In this document: positions 12,431-25,416 of the stretch, one piece after another
Numbering within the stretch: the stretch's first letter is position 1
Layout: each line of letters begins with the position of its first letter
Origin: Lama guanicoe
Lineage: Eukaryota
Reading direction: 5' to 3'
Assembly (NCBI GenBank): GCA_013239625.1
Contig: MU053513.1
Span: forward strand, 764,370-828,369
Length of the DNA: 64,000 nt
The notes under the pieces: model-generated
The model's database searches: none
The model's input: the letters and a program-made list of their open reading frames with translations, nothing else
Told to the model about the DNA's origin: nothing
Position numbers and translations under genes: made by a program

Positions 12431-15400
12431 CATCTCCCCTAGATCCCCTACAGCCTCCTGCTCTCTCCCTCAAATCTCTTTCACTTCTCATTCCATTTTG
12501 GCGTCTGCTTCCTAACCCAAATGTGCAACAAACAACGGCTCTCATTTGAGGCTGTTAGAATATAAAGCACCAGGATTTTAATCAGGATAGGTTTGAAAAC
12601 TGCAGGTTATTCAATTATCCAATAAATGTTTGAGAACTACTGTGCACCCATATGGTTGTCTTACAAACAACCATGATGTATAATTTCAAGGTTAAATTAA
12701 AGCATATCTATTTCCTGTTCACATTCTAGTCTTCTTTGCAATTCGCAGAAAACCTTGCCTCCTGGTCTTCTATTGTCTGGGCCATGATTATAAATAACCA
12801 GAATGTCACCTTATCTCTTGTGAAATGAAATAATCTACATTTGGTATAACTGGACTTCACGGACTGCTCAGGTTTGCCAGCTAGTAATAGGCCATAAAAA
12901 AATAAAGAGAGTCAAGTACCTAACTGCCTAATTAAAGAGCAAAGCAATAACAAAATCAAAGCAGATTATATTTCTGGAATACATAGGTTCTCTATAATTG
13001 GAATCTGAATAGAAACACAAATCATGTATCAAATTATTATTGGAGATTAGGAAAATGTTCATGTATAAAATAAAGTTTACCTTCCTTTTATACAATAGAT
13101 GTGTCCTGGAAAGTTATATGCAGATTGAATTTGACTAATCAAATCATGTAACAATGCTTTTTATTAAGGGTAATTTTGAATCTCTTACCAAAGAATTGTC
13201 CAGACTTTTATACTGGCTTTGCTTAAATCAAGGTGAATTCCCAAGATGGAATATTTCAATATTCAAAACATGATAAATAATTGGACAGGAGATATCTGAT
13301 AATTAAATTCAAAGCTGTAGCCTGGAGTCTGGACTCCTACGCATTGAAGGAGAAAAGTCCCCGGTTCAATCTGATTTCACTAAATTTGTAAAATGATCAT
13401 TTTAAACCAATACTTCATTTTTAAGGTCTCTTGGCTCCTTTTCAGGTTACCCTTTCCTTCTAAGTACTCCGGAAACCAAATGACAACAAATTTTACTCTG
13501 CGATACATATTAATATCCTCCTCTTTCTCAAGAATATTTTCATTGCAAATATATACTCAGGCATACACAAATCAAGATACTTTGTTACCGTCAGTACTGT
13601 TAGTGTGATGTTTTAACTTATAAAAATTCAAAATTTGAGTTCATCTGAAAGAAATCTCAAAAAAGAATAAAAGATGGTGGGAGATGACAGAGTTAGCCAG
13701 TTTTTATAGAGAAAACAATCTGCTAAGTGATAACTACAACTTCTAAATACCAAGATCTATTGTTAAGCAAAACCACCCCAAATGCTTCCATCACCAAAAG
13801 AAACTAGCTCTTTCTATCAAAACTACCAAATTCCATGGAATAACGTGTTCTCTATGGAACCCCTTCTTATTTTCATAACAGAAACTGAACATATTGCTAT
13901 GACAATGAGATGTATTCAGTCAATAAAAACATTTATATGCTGATTTCCTGAAAAGTTTTACACGTCGATGAATTAAAGATGAGGACAAATGTGTCCCTGG
14001 TCAGAACTTTTGGAACACCAAATGGCTGCCAACAGTATCCAGATAGTGGTTTTTGAAATTTCAGTTTTACAAAGGGTTTCCCAAATGGCCCTTTTTGATT
14101 TTGCAAGCAGATTGCTTCAAAGGGACATCTGTTTCTCTGGAGTTCACTTAAATATCCGTGAACATGATCTTGCTGGGTCACATATTAGATGTATGCTGAT
14201 TATTCGGTTAGCTGCCACAGGACACTGTAGTTAAGGCGTTGCACTGGCTTTCCACTCAAAAGCAGAGCTAGTACAGAATGCAGAGCAGAACTACGTTTGA
14301 CTTGCCAGTCACTGTTAGGCTTTTTAGCATGAAGCGTCATGTGCTGTGGGCTTTGAAGATACAGTGTTGGAATCTACATGCTTTCCGTTTTCAACCAAAA
14401 AAAAAAAAACTGTAGAATTGTACAATATCACATTGCTCTTATCTAGGACTGAAGTTCAGAAGGTATTAAAAAGAAATGATAATTAACGCAAACTATTTAA
14501 CTCAGCTCAGCAGTATTTCAGCTGCACAGCAGCGATCTGATGACAGAGACCTGAGTTCCACTTCATATATATTTCAGAAGTTGTTCCTCATAATGGAGAC
14601 TTGACTACTGAAATTATATTAAGCATCGTCTTGATTCTCCATTGAATATTTAATGTCTCAAATTTATTATGTATTTAATTTTGCACATTCTATTAGAGGA
14701 AAGCATCATCCGAAATCAACATTAGGAGCTTCACAGTAATATCACAGAGCAGCTGTCTAGTTGGTACATCCGCAACTAGCAGAAGGGTAGCCCTTCATCG
14801 CTTCTTGTTGGAACAGAGTATAGAAGTGGCTCTTATCTTCAGTTTGTTTAACAATAGAATGAATTTTCCTTTAAAAAAAATGGTTTTTGTAAATGGAGTG
14901 TTAAAACAAGCCAGTCTCCTTGAAAACAGCCATTCAGAAAACATACTCAGACTTTGCTTAGTGATTTAAGGTAGAAGACGAAAGCCTATAGGACTTACTG
15001 GCAAACCAAAGTTATGATCCCTGTAGGGCTCTCAGAGGTAGGCAGCCGTCAGTTTACATAGGAACTCAAAGGAGCGCCTTCTTATCCCCGTCTATACCCT
15101 CTCATTCCCCTTCCCTCCATCTCAGGTAACTCAGGAAACTCAACATCTTTACTTACTATTTTTCTCATTTTCCTCTGTTTCTTCTAAATGCCTACTAAGT
15201 AATTCCTGCTTCCAGTCCATTTCTCTTGCTTTCTATGTACCCAAATCCTAGTCTCCTGGGCTATATAAAAATAAAGAAGATGTACTTAATTTTAAAGATT
15301 TTTTTTAATATTGAGAAGAGAAAAATATATTCACATATTAGTTTACATAATGATCTTCCCTTTTATTGCAAGTATCAGCACATGTATTCCTGAAATATAT

Positions 15401-16119
15401 ATTTCAGGAGGGGCACAGAAGCCGATGGTTGTGGTATTGTGTAGTAAATGCTATGCTGGCGATTGGAAATGTTGGTATCTCCAGGGGAGCACAGAGAAGG
15501 GAGCAAGTAATTCTTCCTGGGGAATTTACAAGTGACACCATCCTGAATGCAAGTATGTTTCCTTATCTGTGTGGGGTTTTTTAATCTGTAAAATACAAGA
15601 GTTAGAAAGTGAAAAACCCAAAGAGTACAAGTAATTTAAAAGGTTATTTTAATTTCGAAGCGGTATGAACAGTTTAATTCTGATGGACTTTTAGTAGGTC
15701 ATTCTTGCTCTTGGTCACACTGGACATGAAGATTTAATATAATGGAATGTGAATTAGGATTTTGAATGTGCTAATTTTTATAATTCAAGGGTCGTGTGGA
15801 GAGCATATGCCTACAGAATTAAGTTTAGCTGAGTTATGTTGAAGAAAACTTGTAGAATTGAGAGCTTCAGGCCAAAATGGTTGTGAATTATAATGCAATG
15901 TTTTTTTTTTCCAAAACTGGAAGAAACTTTATTCTCTAGTATATGATTCTGTGTTTCTCTATTCTTTCCAAAACACAGAGATATTCACAAGAATCTGTTG
16001 AAGGATTTTATAGCTTCCTGGAGTTAGTTTTCTTATTTCATCTTTAAGCATATATTCTGGTTCAAATTGACCCACTCTTTTGCATAATTTTCATTTTGTA
16101 CCAGTCATTTATTATGTAC

Positions 16120-16720
16120 CTAGTAATCAGCCCCACATTTAGAAGCTTACAAAAATAACCAATTTTATTATATTTTTGGTGGTTCGGTGATTTGGTCAAG
16201 GCTCAGTTACATGATTCTTCTGCTCCAAGAAGCACTGAATGAGGTTACTTGGTGTTATTCAGCCAGCAGATGAACAGATCTTGAGTTTCCAAGAGAGTTT
16301 CACTTACACACCTGGAGCCTTCGCAGGGATGACTGGGAGGCTAGGTTTGGCTGGGACTTTCCACCTGCATATTCTCAGAGGAGTCATACTTCTTATACAG
16401 CTCTAAGCCCTCCCCCCCAAAAAAAACTATTCCATGAGAATGGGTGAAACGTAAGTCTTACAATGTAGCCTTGGATGTCCCAGATTGTCGCTTCTGCCAC
16501 ATTTTATTCGGGAATTAGTCATCACCTCTCAAAGGGAGGAGAAGCAAGGAAATGCAACTGTCTTTAGTCCATCATGGTCTGATGTGTGGCCACCAATTAT
16601 TTACATTTTTCTCCTTTGAAAAAATACATTTAATACTCCTTTAAAGCCTCCAGAAGCATCATCTCATTACAACACAGTTTAAATTCAAATTCCAGGTTTT
16701 TGACATCTAAATCAGGTCCA
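16120..16720 (-). mobile_element. MLT1 (MaLR) LTR plus about 140 bp stub of internal sequence
   Basis: Antisense MLT1H/J-like LTR (gcttctgccacattttatt) followed by tggccaccaattatttacattt...aaatcaggtccag, which resembles 17230-17375. Confidence 0.65.
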
Positions 16721-16749
16721 GCTTAGAAAATATATTTCTAAATATATTT

Positions 16750-19145
16750 CTGCCCAAAACTATCCCAAAGTATAATGGCTTAATATATATTTATTATTAG
16801 TTCTCATAATTCTGTGGATTTAGTGAACCTAATTGTATGTCCTCATTATCTCTCATGCTGTTACCTTCAGGCGGGACCTGTGACTAGAATTACCTAAAGA
16901 CTTCTGACTTGCTCTCTGGTACCTGGGCTGGGAAGCTCTGAAAAACGCTGGACTATGGCCCCCCATATTCCCCCATGGAGCCTCTTACAATGGCTTAGTT
17001 GGATTATCTCATCGCAGAATAGCCGGACCTCTGACATCCCCTAGAGTGAGTGTTCCAAGAGACAGGGAGATGGCGGTCCCAGTCATTAGACTCAGAACTG
17101 AAAACTGCCACAGTGTCACTCCCCCCATAATTTATTGCCCAGAAACTGCCCAGATTCAATAAACGAACATACACCCTATGTCCATGACAGAAATGTGCAA
17201 CAATTTGTAGCCATGTCTGATTTGCCACAGTCTTAGCTCTAGCCACAAAGTACTTACATTTCTCCAAAAGCCAAAATACACTCATGCCCCCTGGAGACTT
17301 CCTGAAGCCTTACCTAGTTGTAATCTCGTGCTCAGGCCCCATTTCTGGATTGTGTCGCCTAAAGGAGCTCCAGGTGTAGATGAGGCTTCTGGCTGCGGCT
17401 CCCCCAGGACTTTTATTCAGTCAAAAGATCTGTGAACTTTGAAATAAGTTATCCGACCTTCACACAGACACATCCAACAAACACTGACGAGATGGTCTTA
17501 AGATAACTACAACAGACGCTCCCTTTCATGGAGGTGGGGGGAGAATAAGACCCAAGTTGCCGGCATTGAGGTCCATAGAAATCCTGAAATACAGCTGGAC
17601 ACATGTGGACAACGCATCTGTTAGGGGCCTCCTCTGATCCTCAGAAGTGACTCCTTGACTCTGTTCTCAGGGGTTTAGCTATGCTCTTGAATTCACGCTT
17701 CCTTTTCCGTAAGAAATGGCCAGTATTTGACACTATGCAACCTTTTGATTCTGCTTCCTGTTTGTAGAAGCTTGGGGTCCTAAAGTCACTTTCCTTGTTT
17801 GTACTCTCCTTATCACTGTTAGACTAAGCTGATGGTACAGTTCTCTTAAAAACTTTTGAGTTCTCTGTAAGACTTGTTGGAGTTCACTCAAATAGAAAAC
17901 ACATTTATTACAGACTGCCTCGAGACAAGCCCCTCCCCATCACTGACCACCCAGAAGACTGCTGGGAAATTACATCTCTAAGTCTATTAGAGATCCTTCT
18001 ATCTAGAAAGGAGAGTCTACGAGTCATGAGCTGAAGTCTTTTAAGGACTTAAAAGAGGCTTTCATCCAGACTCTTGGTTTCTTCTTTACCCAAAAACCAC
18101 ACTTTACTGTCTTAGAGTTGGTCTTTTCCCTGAGACCATGTCTTACTTTGAGAATATTTGACTAAGGGAAATGGAGAAAGCGAGACAGTTTTAATTTCAG
18201 GTCTAGCATGTCTTGGCTCCTTTATGTTTCCTCTAAATTCTGCTGGAAGACTAAAACATTTTATCTTTAGATTACTTCTTGTTTCATATTTTATCTTAAG
18301 GGCCTGTAAGAAGTCAGTTGGCACTTTCCATACCCTTCCTGGAAATCGCCCCCGTGAGACTGATGAGTTCATTTGGTGACCTTTCCATCTTCCCTGTTAC
18401 TGCAGATAAAAGAGCTGCCAAATGTTTGCCACTACATAAAAAGACTCCTTTTCTGTAACCTCTAAATGTTTTACTTGCAGTCTTTTGACCTCTCACTGAC
18501 AGTCTCTTCAAGGCCCTTACAATTTTCAAAAATTTCCATCCAGCTTCTGTCACCTGTGCTCAAAGCCAGGGCCACATGTTTTAGGTTTGGGTAAAGGCAA
18601 GTCCCCACTTCCTGCTGCCAAATGCTGTTCTGGTTATCTATTACTGTAAAACAAATAACTTCAAAGCGAGCTTATTAAAGCAATCATCGTTTCATTATGT
18701 CTCATTCATTTGTGGGTCAGAAATAAGATCACGATGCAGGGAACTCTTCCGTTACGTTGCCTGGAGTTCTTTGGTGGTATGCTGGCTGAGGCTGGTACGG
18801 GTGGTCAAATATGGCTACTCATTTATCTGGCCTCACAGGGATGTCTGCAGAGCTGACGTCTTCTGGGACTGCCCACAAGGGTACCTACAAGTGACTTTTC
18901 TAGCTTAATAGTCTTAGGGTAAAAGGACTTCTTACATAGTGCCGTAAGACTCCAAAGAGAGTATATTGTAATATCTGGGTGGAAACTGAAGTATCTAGTG
19001 ACCTTGCCTTGGAAAGTCTACATTGTTATTCTACTTCATTCAATTGGTCCAGCAGGTCACCACAACCTAAATTTAAGGTGAGGAGAAATTATGATCTGCC
19101 TCTTAATGAGAAGAGTGGCAAATAACTTGCAGCATTTTTAATACA
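16750..19145 (-). mobile_element. MaLR provirus relic: LTR (about 16750-17230), MLT1-int (about 17230-18625), LTR (18626-about 19145)
   Basis: On the minus strand the internal start gcatttggcagcaggaagtgggg...acctaaaacatgtggc directly follows an LTR ending gaaca. Confidence 0.75.
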
Positions 19146-19470
19146 GTGCATATTTCTACTGCACAGAACCATTTTTATAAAAACATATTTTGGTATAGAC
19201 TTTTGAATATCTTCTATGTGGCAGTTGTTTTGAAACTGGCAGTTTATTTTCCAATAAATAATTTTGCTGTGTTTAAGATTTGTATCATTAGTCTTCAAAA
19301 AGAAATCTTTTGAATTGGAAGATAATAGTCTACAAATGCATGTTTAAAATCCTAACTATTTAAATGTTACAGGCATATGCAGTTATGGTTCTGTTCTGAA
19401 GCACAAATATTTCTTTGGGAAGATAAAATATTACCTAGGGTGATGTAATGGTTTTGTTTAAAATTAAATT

Positions 19471-19563
19471 GGGGGAGTGGGTATAGCCTGGTGGTAGAGC
19501 TCATGCTCAGCATGCACAAAGTCCTGGGTTCAATCCCCAGCACCTCCATTAAAAAAAAAAAAA
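19471..19563 (+). mobile_element. tRNA-Ala-derived SINE (camelid Vic-1-like), short form
   Basis: gggtatagcc..gtggtagagc..atgctcagcatgca..gtcctgggttcaatccccagcacctcca plus poly(A); Pol III A/B boxes. Confidence 0.9.
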
Positions 19564-19705
19564 GATTAAAAATATAATTTAAAAAATAACAAAAAAGTAA
19601 ACTTGTGAAAGCTTTTCTCATTACAAAACTAATTCACATAAGCACCATATTAGGCCTTGCATAAGTAAATCTATACATTAGCTTTGATGAGAATACTATG
19701 TTATT

Positions 19706-22262
19706 TGTGATAAAATACATTGCAAAACCAGCCCAAATTTTACCTTTCCCAAATCCCTGCCCTTACCAGGTAACTTCATAGCTTCTTTATAATTACTTTG
19801 TAATCGCCCCTGACTCTGTTCTTGGCCACTGCACTCAGAAAGGACAGTGTGTCCAGTCTGAATCTGGGTTTTGTGAATCTTTCTACGCTTGTTCTTCTGC
19901 AATTGCCATGACGACATGCTGAGATCAGCCTGCTGGAGAATAACTGACAAGTGGACCATAGCTGAGTTGCCCAAGTCACTCCAGCTAGAACTGGCCTAGA
20001 TTGGCCAACAGTCAGCACACACTCAGACATGTGAGTGAGTCTGTAATCTAAAGAACTCCAAGTAGAGTGAAGCCTAAATCACCAGCACACACTCATCAGC
20101 TAAATAATATTGATTGTTTTAAGTCATTTGCTTTTGAAATGGTTGCTCATTGAGCATCATTGTAACAAGAAATAACTGATACAGACATTGATAGTAGGAG
20201 GGGTGATGCTGTAACAAAAATCTAAACTATGGCACTGATTTGGGGACAAAGTGTCAGGGGAAGCCCAGAAGTACAGTGAAGAGATTTTAAAAGGAGGTTA
20301 GAAAAATGACAAGGGAGCTTCCAGAAAAAAACCTAAAATATAGTGACCATGTTATGTAATTGCAAAACACTTGGTAAAACTATTACCTGCTTTAACTTAG
20401 AAGATAAAAAATGTAACTAACAAATATTTTATCTTGAACATAGAAATTTCCAGGCAAAAAGTTGAAAACACCAGTTGTTTCTTATTAACTGTATATGAGA
20501 AAATGTACCACACTAGAGAGAGGAGCTCAGAATAGTGGCTGTGTGCAAACAGAAGATAAAGGGTCCAGAACCTGCAAAGTTGGAAACTAAAACTGTTTCT
20601 CATCTCCAGCTTCTCATGCTAGACAAGACAGAAGGGGTAAGGAAAAATTAAAGGCGTGGCTTTATTACAATCTCAGAAAGGATTAAGCAATGAATAGTAC
20701 CCTTCACTTGGACAAAAGGACTTCTAGGAACTGAGTGTCATGGTTCCAGTAGCAGCCTGAACAATCCAAACACCACAACCAAGTCGAGAGAGATGCAAGT
20801 CTCAAAAAGAACAGTGTGTATTGCTTTGAAGCTTGAAGATTTCTGGATCAAATATTTAACATACACTTAACGTTTTTGAAAGAGATGCATGGGCAAAAGA
20901 ACAAACAAGCTGATCGAAAATGGATCAAGACTTCTCAAAATGTAAATAGACCATTAGGATCCCCAACTGCTATGGTTAGGAAACTAGCTTTGAATGATCT
21001 TTACAGAGCAAAATGTCCAGTGCTGCCTTTAGAAGTGGTGGAGGCGCTCATGGAAAGGGAAAGCTGTCCCAGAGAGCTGAGCTAAATAAAAGCTGCAGAG
21101 AGTAACAGAATGAGAAATACTTCCTAGGTGTCAGAATTGCTCCTAACTAAGAACATTCTCCATCGCCGGAATAGAGGACCTGGCTATAATTGCCCAGTGC
21201 AATTCAGAACTTCTAGATGAGTGAACCTCTAAAGAGCCTCAGATTCTTTGTCTTTGCAAACGGTAGTACTGATCGTTATAACCTGCTGCTTTTTCAGCAC
21301 TGCACGCTGGGTGTGAGTGGGACAGAAAACTTACCTTCTTTGGCTCATAGGACTTTAGATTAAAAATAAAGAAAAATACCATATGATATCGCTCATATGT
21401 GGAATCTCAAAAACAAAAACAAAAACAAAAACAAACAAAACAAAGCATAAATACAGGTCAGAAATAGACTCATAGACATAGAATACAGACTTGTGGTTGC
21501 CAGGGGGGTGGAGGGTAGGAAGGGATAGACTGGGATTTCAAAATTGTAGAATAGATAAACAAGATTATACTGTATAGCACAGGGAAATATACACAAAATC
21601 TTATGGTAGCTCACAGAGAAACAAATGTGACAATGAGTGTGTATATGTCCATGTATGACTGAAAAATTGTGCTGAACACTGGAATTTGACACAACATTGT
21701 AAAATGATTATAAATCAATAAAAAATGTTAAAAAAAAACTCCATTTGGATTCATGCAGACCACAGGACCCTAGAGTTGGGCTTAGGCGTGATTGGATGAG
21801 AGGTGAGTATAGTTTGTAAAAGAGCAGACTAGGGTCTTGCAACATTGCTCAAATTCTTCATCTCTCTGGATTCACATTTTTTGACTTGTAAATTTGTAGC
21901 AGTCTTTATCTCCGACCCTTGGCTCATGCATGTGACCTGTTTTGACCAACAAAATTGTGAGCTCAGAGGATTTACAAGATTCTATGTTTTCTGTGTTGAA
22001 GTCAGCCATCACCCTAATGGCATGCCCAGTTACATCAGAGCTACATGGAGGATAGCTGAGCCAGTCCCTCAATCTTCCAAACTAGGACCATATCAGGTTT
22101 ATCCCCAGACATGTGAATGAGCCCAGCAAAGTTCTCAAAATTACCAAGATGAGCCCAGTGAAAATGACCTCTTGCATTCGTCCACATAATTAATACTTAT
22201 TGTTTTAAGCCATTATGATTCAGGGCTGTTCTTTAGTATTTCATGGCAATAGATTTTTGATC
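19706..22262 (+). mobile_element. MaLR provirus relic: LTR (19706-20183), MLT1-int (20184-about 21810), LTR (about 21815-22262)
   Basis: LTR ends aactgataca, then internal start gacattgatagtaggaggggtgatgctgtaacaaaaatctaa; second LTR ends ttgttttaagccatt...ggcaatagat. Confidence 0.75.
21368..21738 (+). mobile_element. Well-preserved 5'-truncated L1 3' UTR (camelid type) inserted in MLT1-int
   Basis: aaataccatatgatatcgctcatatgtggaatct...ctgtatagcacagggaaatatac...aaatcaataaaaaatgttaaaaaaaaa. Confidence 0.9.
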
Positions 22263-22269
22263 TGTTACC

Positions 22270-22745
22270 TTTAAAACTTTTTATGAAATATTTCAGGCAA
22301 ACATAAAACTATTGGTAATCCTAAAATTAAGATCTGTATATCTAACCAGGATAAGAAATAAACAGTCTAAATATATTTAAAGCTTCCATATATAATTTAC
22401 AATCAGATTTCCTTTCTTTCTTATCCTCCAGAGATAACAACAATCTTTTATGATTTTTAATTATCCCCAAGAGTTTTCATAATTCTACTATGTAGGTATT
22501 TTTTCTCTGTAAACAAAATATGACATTGTTTTACATTTAAAAAATTTATTTGGTAGTAATATTTTTTGTCATCTGCAATGACTTTTTATACTCAATGTTA
22601 ACTACTTTTAGTTTTTACCATTTTTAGTTTTTACCATTTTAAAATGCATTACTCCAGCTCAATCCTTTTCATTATTGTATTGCATTACTTTATATGGCCA
22701 TGCCACAAGTCACTGAAGAATTTCCTCTATATGGACATTATGTTA
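22270..22745 (-). mobile_element. Old L1 (L1ME-like) 3' end
   Basis: ttttatgaaatatttcagg...tcctccagagataacaac...ttcattattgtattgcatt. Confidence 0.6.
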
Positions 22746-24429
22746 CCATGTTAGGCCATCAGACACCATTTTGTATATTGGCCAGATATAAGACTTCAGT
22801 TTTTAATTTATATCCTACTGTTCTGAGTGACTAAAAGCAATGAAAAGTCTTAACCCAGCATGTATTTTATTCATGGTTCAGAATGTGTCTTATGTGTTCA
22901 TCTAACAAACATCAGCTCTAAGACTGTTCCCATTGACGTACGTCATTCTGTGCCACCATGCACAAGTAGCAACGTTCACATAAACACAGATCGGCTTCAA
23001 CCGCCAGGAGCACCAAGAAATTAAAAAAATAATGACATGTATTTACTCTTCTAGATAGATGTATTCAATGTACTATCAATCCTAGAAAACAAGTTGCATT
23101 ATTTGCTCACAGTTTAGAAGAGTCAAAACAGACTCCTTAGCAATTCACTTTATAGTCTTGGCCTGGGATCACTGCGCTAAGTGTGAATTAGAGTACAGAA
23201 AAGGACTTCGTGTGTGATTGGCTAACCTTCTGTAATGAGAAGGCAGTATTGAGAGTTTTAAGTGTGTGGTAAAGGCCTCTTAGAAGGATAGTAATGAAGA
23301 ACTAAACTAAAATAAAATTAAATATTTATTTTATTATTCAGTCTGTCTCTTAGTGATTCTACATGGGGCTTGCTTAGCGCTAAGTAGACACAAAATGTTA
23401 TTTTTACAAAGCAGCGCATGTGTAACTGACAGAAGCCGTTATTTCAATAGGCCCAGAAACGTTAAAAGCTGTATATTCGAATGAATCTTTGTGACCTCTA
23501 CTCTCGTTGATGCCTGTGCTGTAAACCTTATTTTAATACGAAAATGCTTATGTTGAAAATCTGCATGCTCCATTTCACTTACTGTTAAGTGGAGCTTGAT
23601 TTTTTCAAACATGAGAAAATCCAAATGTCTAGACAGACACATATTAAAGAACCATACCGATTACTTCTTATGTCTCAAGATAATACTATTAGAAAGAATT
23701 GAGACTCATAATCATTTTTTAACAGAACAAAGACTGACCTAGTTTAACTGTCCTTACTTGTAGTAGTAACAACAGTTTCTGTTTCTAGCTTGGTTTATCT
23801 ATCTTGGTCTATCTTATTTCTATCATTTATAACACTTCAGAGTCCACAGAACAGAGTTAAGAGTTTACATTATATAATTACCAAATTTTTTTCTTAGAAA
23901 TAAATTATTTAAATGACAATGATCTAGTCACTTTTTGAAGAAAGTGGTTTGTAAACATTTAGATTTTACACTCCTTAAGTAATGCTGAACTGTGTCAAAT
24001 TGCTGCACTTTGTCTTTTCAAATTGTCACAGTTTTAGAGCAATCCATTTCCTTTCACTCATCGAGGTATTAAATACTTTTATAAAGATATTTTCTAGTTA
24101 TTTTGAATTACTATTGATGTAAACTTTGTTAAAAAATTCTGAATAAGCAATAATATGACTAGGTGTCATGTACAAATTTCAATATAATAGTTTCTGAATC
24201 ATATTACAAATAACTAAGCATTCATTCAGGCCATAAATTCTCAAATTGAAATCTTTACATGTTTTTAAGCAATATTTTCCATTCAAAATACCAAACAAAT
24301 TGCTTTCAGAATCAATGCATTAATGGTCATTAGCAAAACAAAATCTAAGAGTTTAATGTAGTGAACAACAGTCTTTATATTTTAATTCAAATCTATTCTT
24401 CTAAAGTTGAGACATTTCTACTGTTATCT

Positions 24430-25020
24430 GAGACTCTGTTATTTATTGCTATGCAAAAAATTACTCCAAAGTATGTTGGCTTAACACAACCTCAATTTGT
24501 TATTACTCACAGTCCAGTGGGTTGCCTGAGCAGTTTTTCTGTTGGCATCACCTGGAATCACTCAGTTGCATTCAACTGCAGGTCAACCAGTAGCTAAGCT
24601 CAGCCAAGGATGGTTGAGACAGTTGAGTCTTTCTCCCCATGTGGCCTTTCATTTCAAAGGAGGCACCATTGATTTCTGATTTTGGTCATTTTAGGGTTTC
24701 AAAAGGGCTAGGCTGGCTATGTAATTTGTGATGTTAAGAGCAGAATATTTCACCAAAGTAGGCCCTGCTGAGTCTGGGGCTCTGTAAGGCTGCAGAAGCT
24801 GCATGCACAGAAGCCCTGAAAAAGGGCAACAGTGGAAGCCACAGAATTTCTTGGAATCCTGGATCTTGAGTCACACAACGCCACACCTGCCAGATCCTAT
24901 GGGTTAATTCAAGCCCAAGGCCAGTGCATATTCCAAGGAGTAGACCAGAATGGGAAGAATTTCATATTTGATGATCATATTTTTCATCCTAATATTTGTG
25001 ATCATATTTTTTGATCTATT
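24430..25020 (-). mobile_element. MLT1 (MaLR) solo LTR
   Basis: ttatttattgctatgcaaaaaattactccaaa...ggcttaacacaac...ttattactcacagtcc. Confidence 0.7.
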
Positions 25021-25194
25021 ATAAGGGTCTTTTTTTTAAATTCTGCCCCTTCTTATATCATCTAATCACCCTCACCCTTTCAAAAAAAGATAATCTTTAA
25101 AAACTTTAATTAAATGATTTAATAAATTCGGATGCACTCTGCCTTTTCTCATTCTGTTTACCTAATTTCAGAATTTGACTTTTTGGCACATCTT

Positions 25195-25416
25195 TTAACC
25201 AACTTTGTCTAGTTCACCCTTCCCCTACCCTCTACATCTGGTAACCACAAATCTGATCTCTTTTTCTATGAGTTTGTTTGTGTGTTTGTTTGTTTGTTGA
25301 CATACAATTGACCTACAACATTGTGTTAGTTCCTGGTGCACAATACAGTGATTCAGTTTTTCTATACATTACAAAATGATCCCCATGGTAAGTCTAGTTA
25401 CTGTCTGTCATCATAG
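25195..25416 (-). mobile_element. Laurasiatherian L1 3' UTR fragment
   Basis: ctggtaaccacaaatctgatctctttttctatgagtttg...aattgacctacaacattgtgttagttcctgg. Confidence 0.8.

Noticed and set aside
19471..19550. tRNA-Ala-like gene (also at 32600, 36910 and 63375)
   Set aside because: Poly(A) tails, TSDs on some copies and broken stems show these are SINE retrocopies, not functional tRNA genes.
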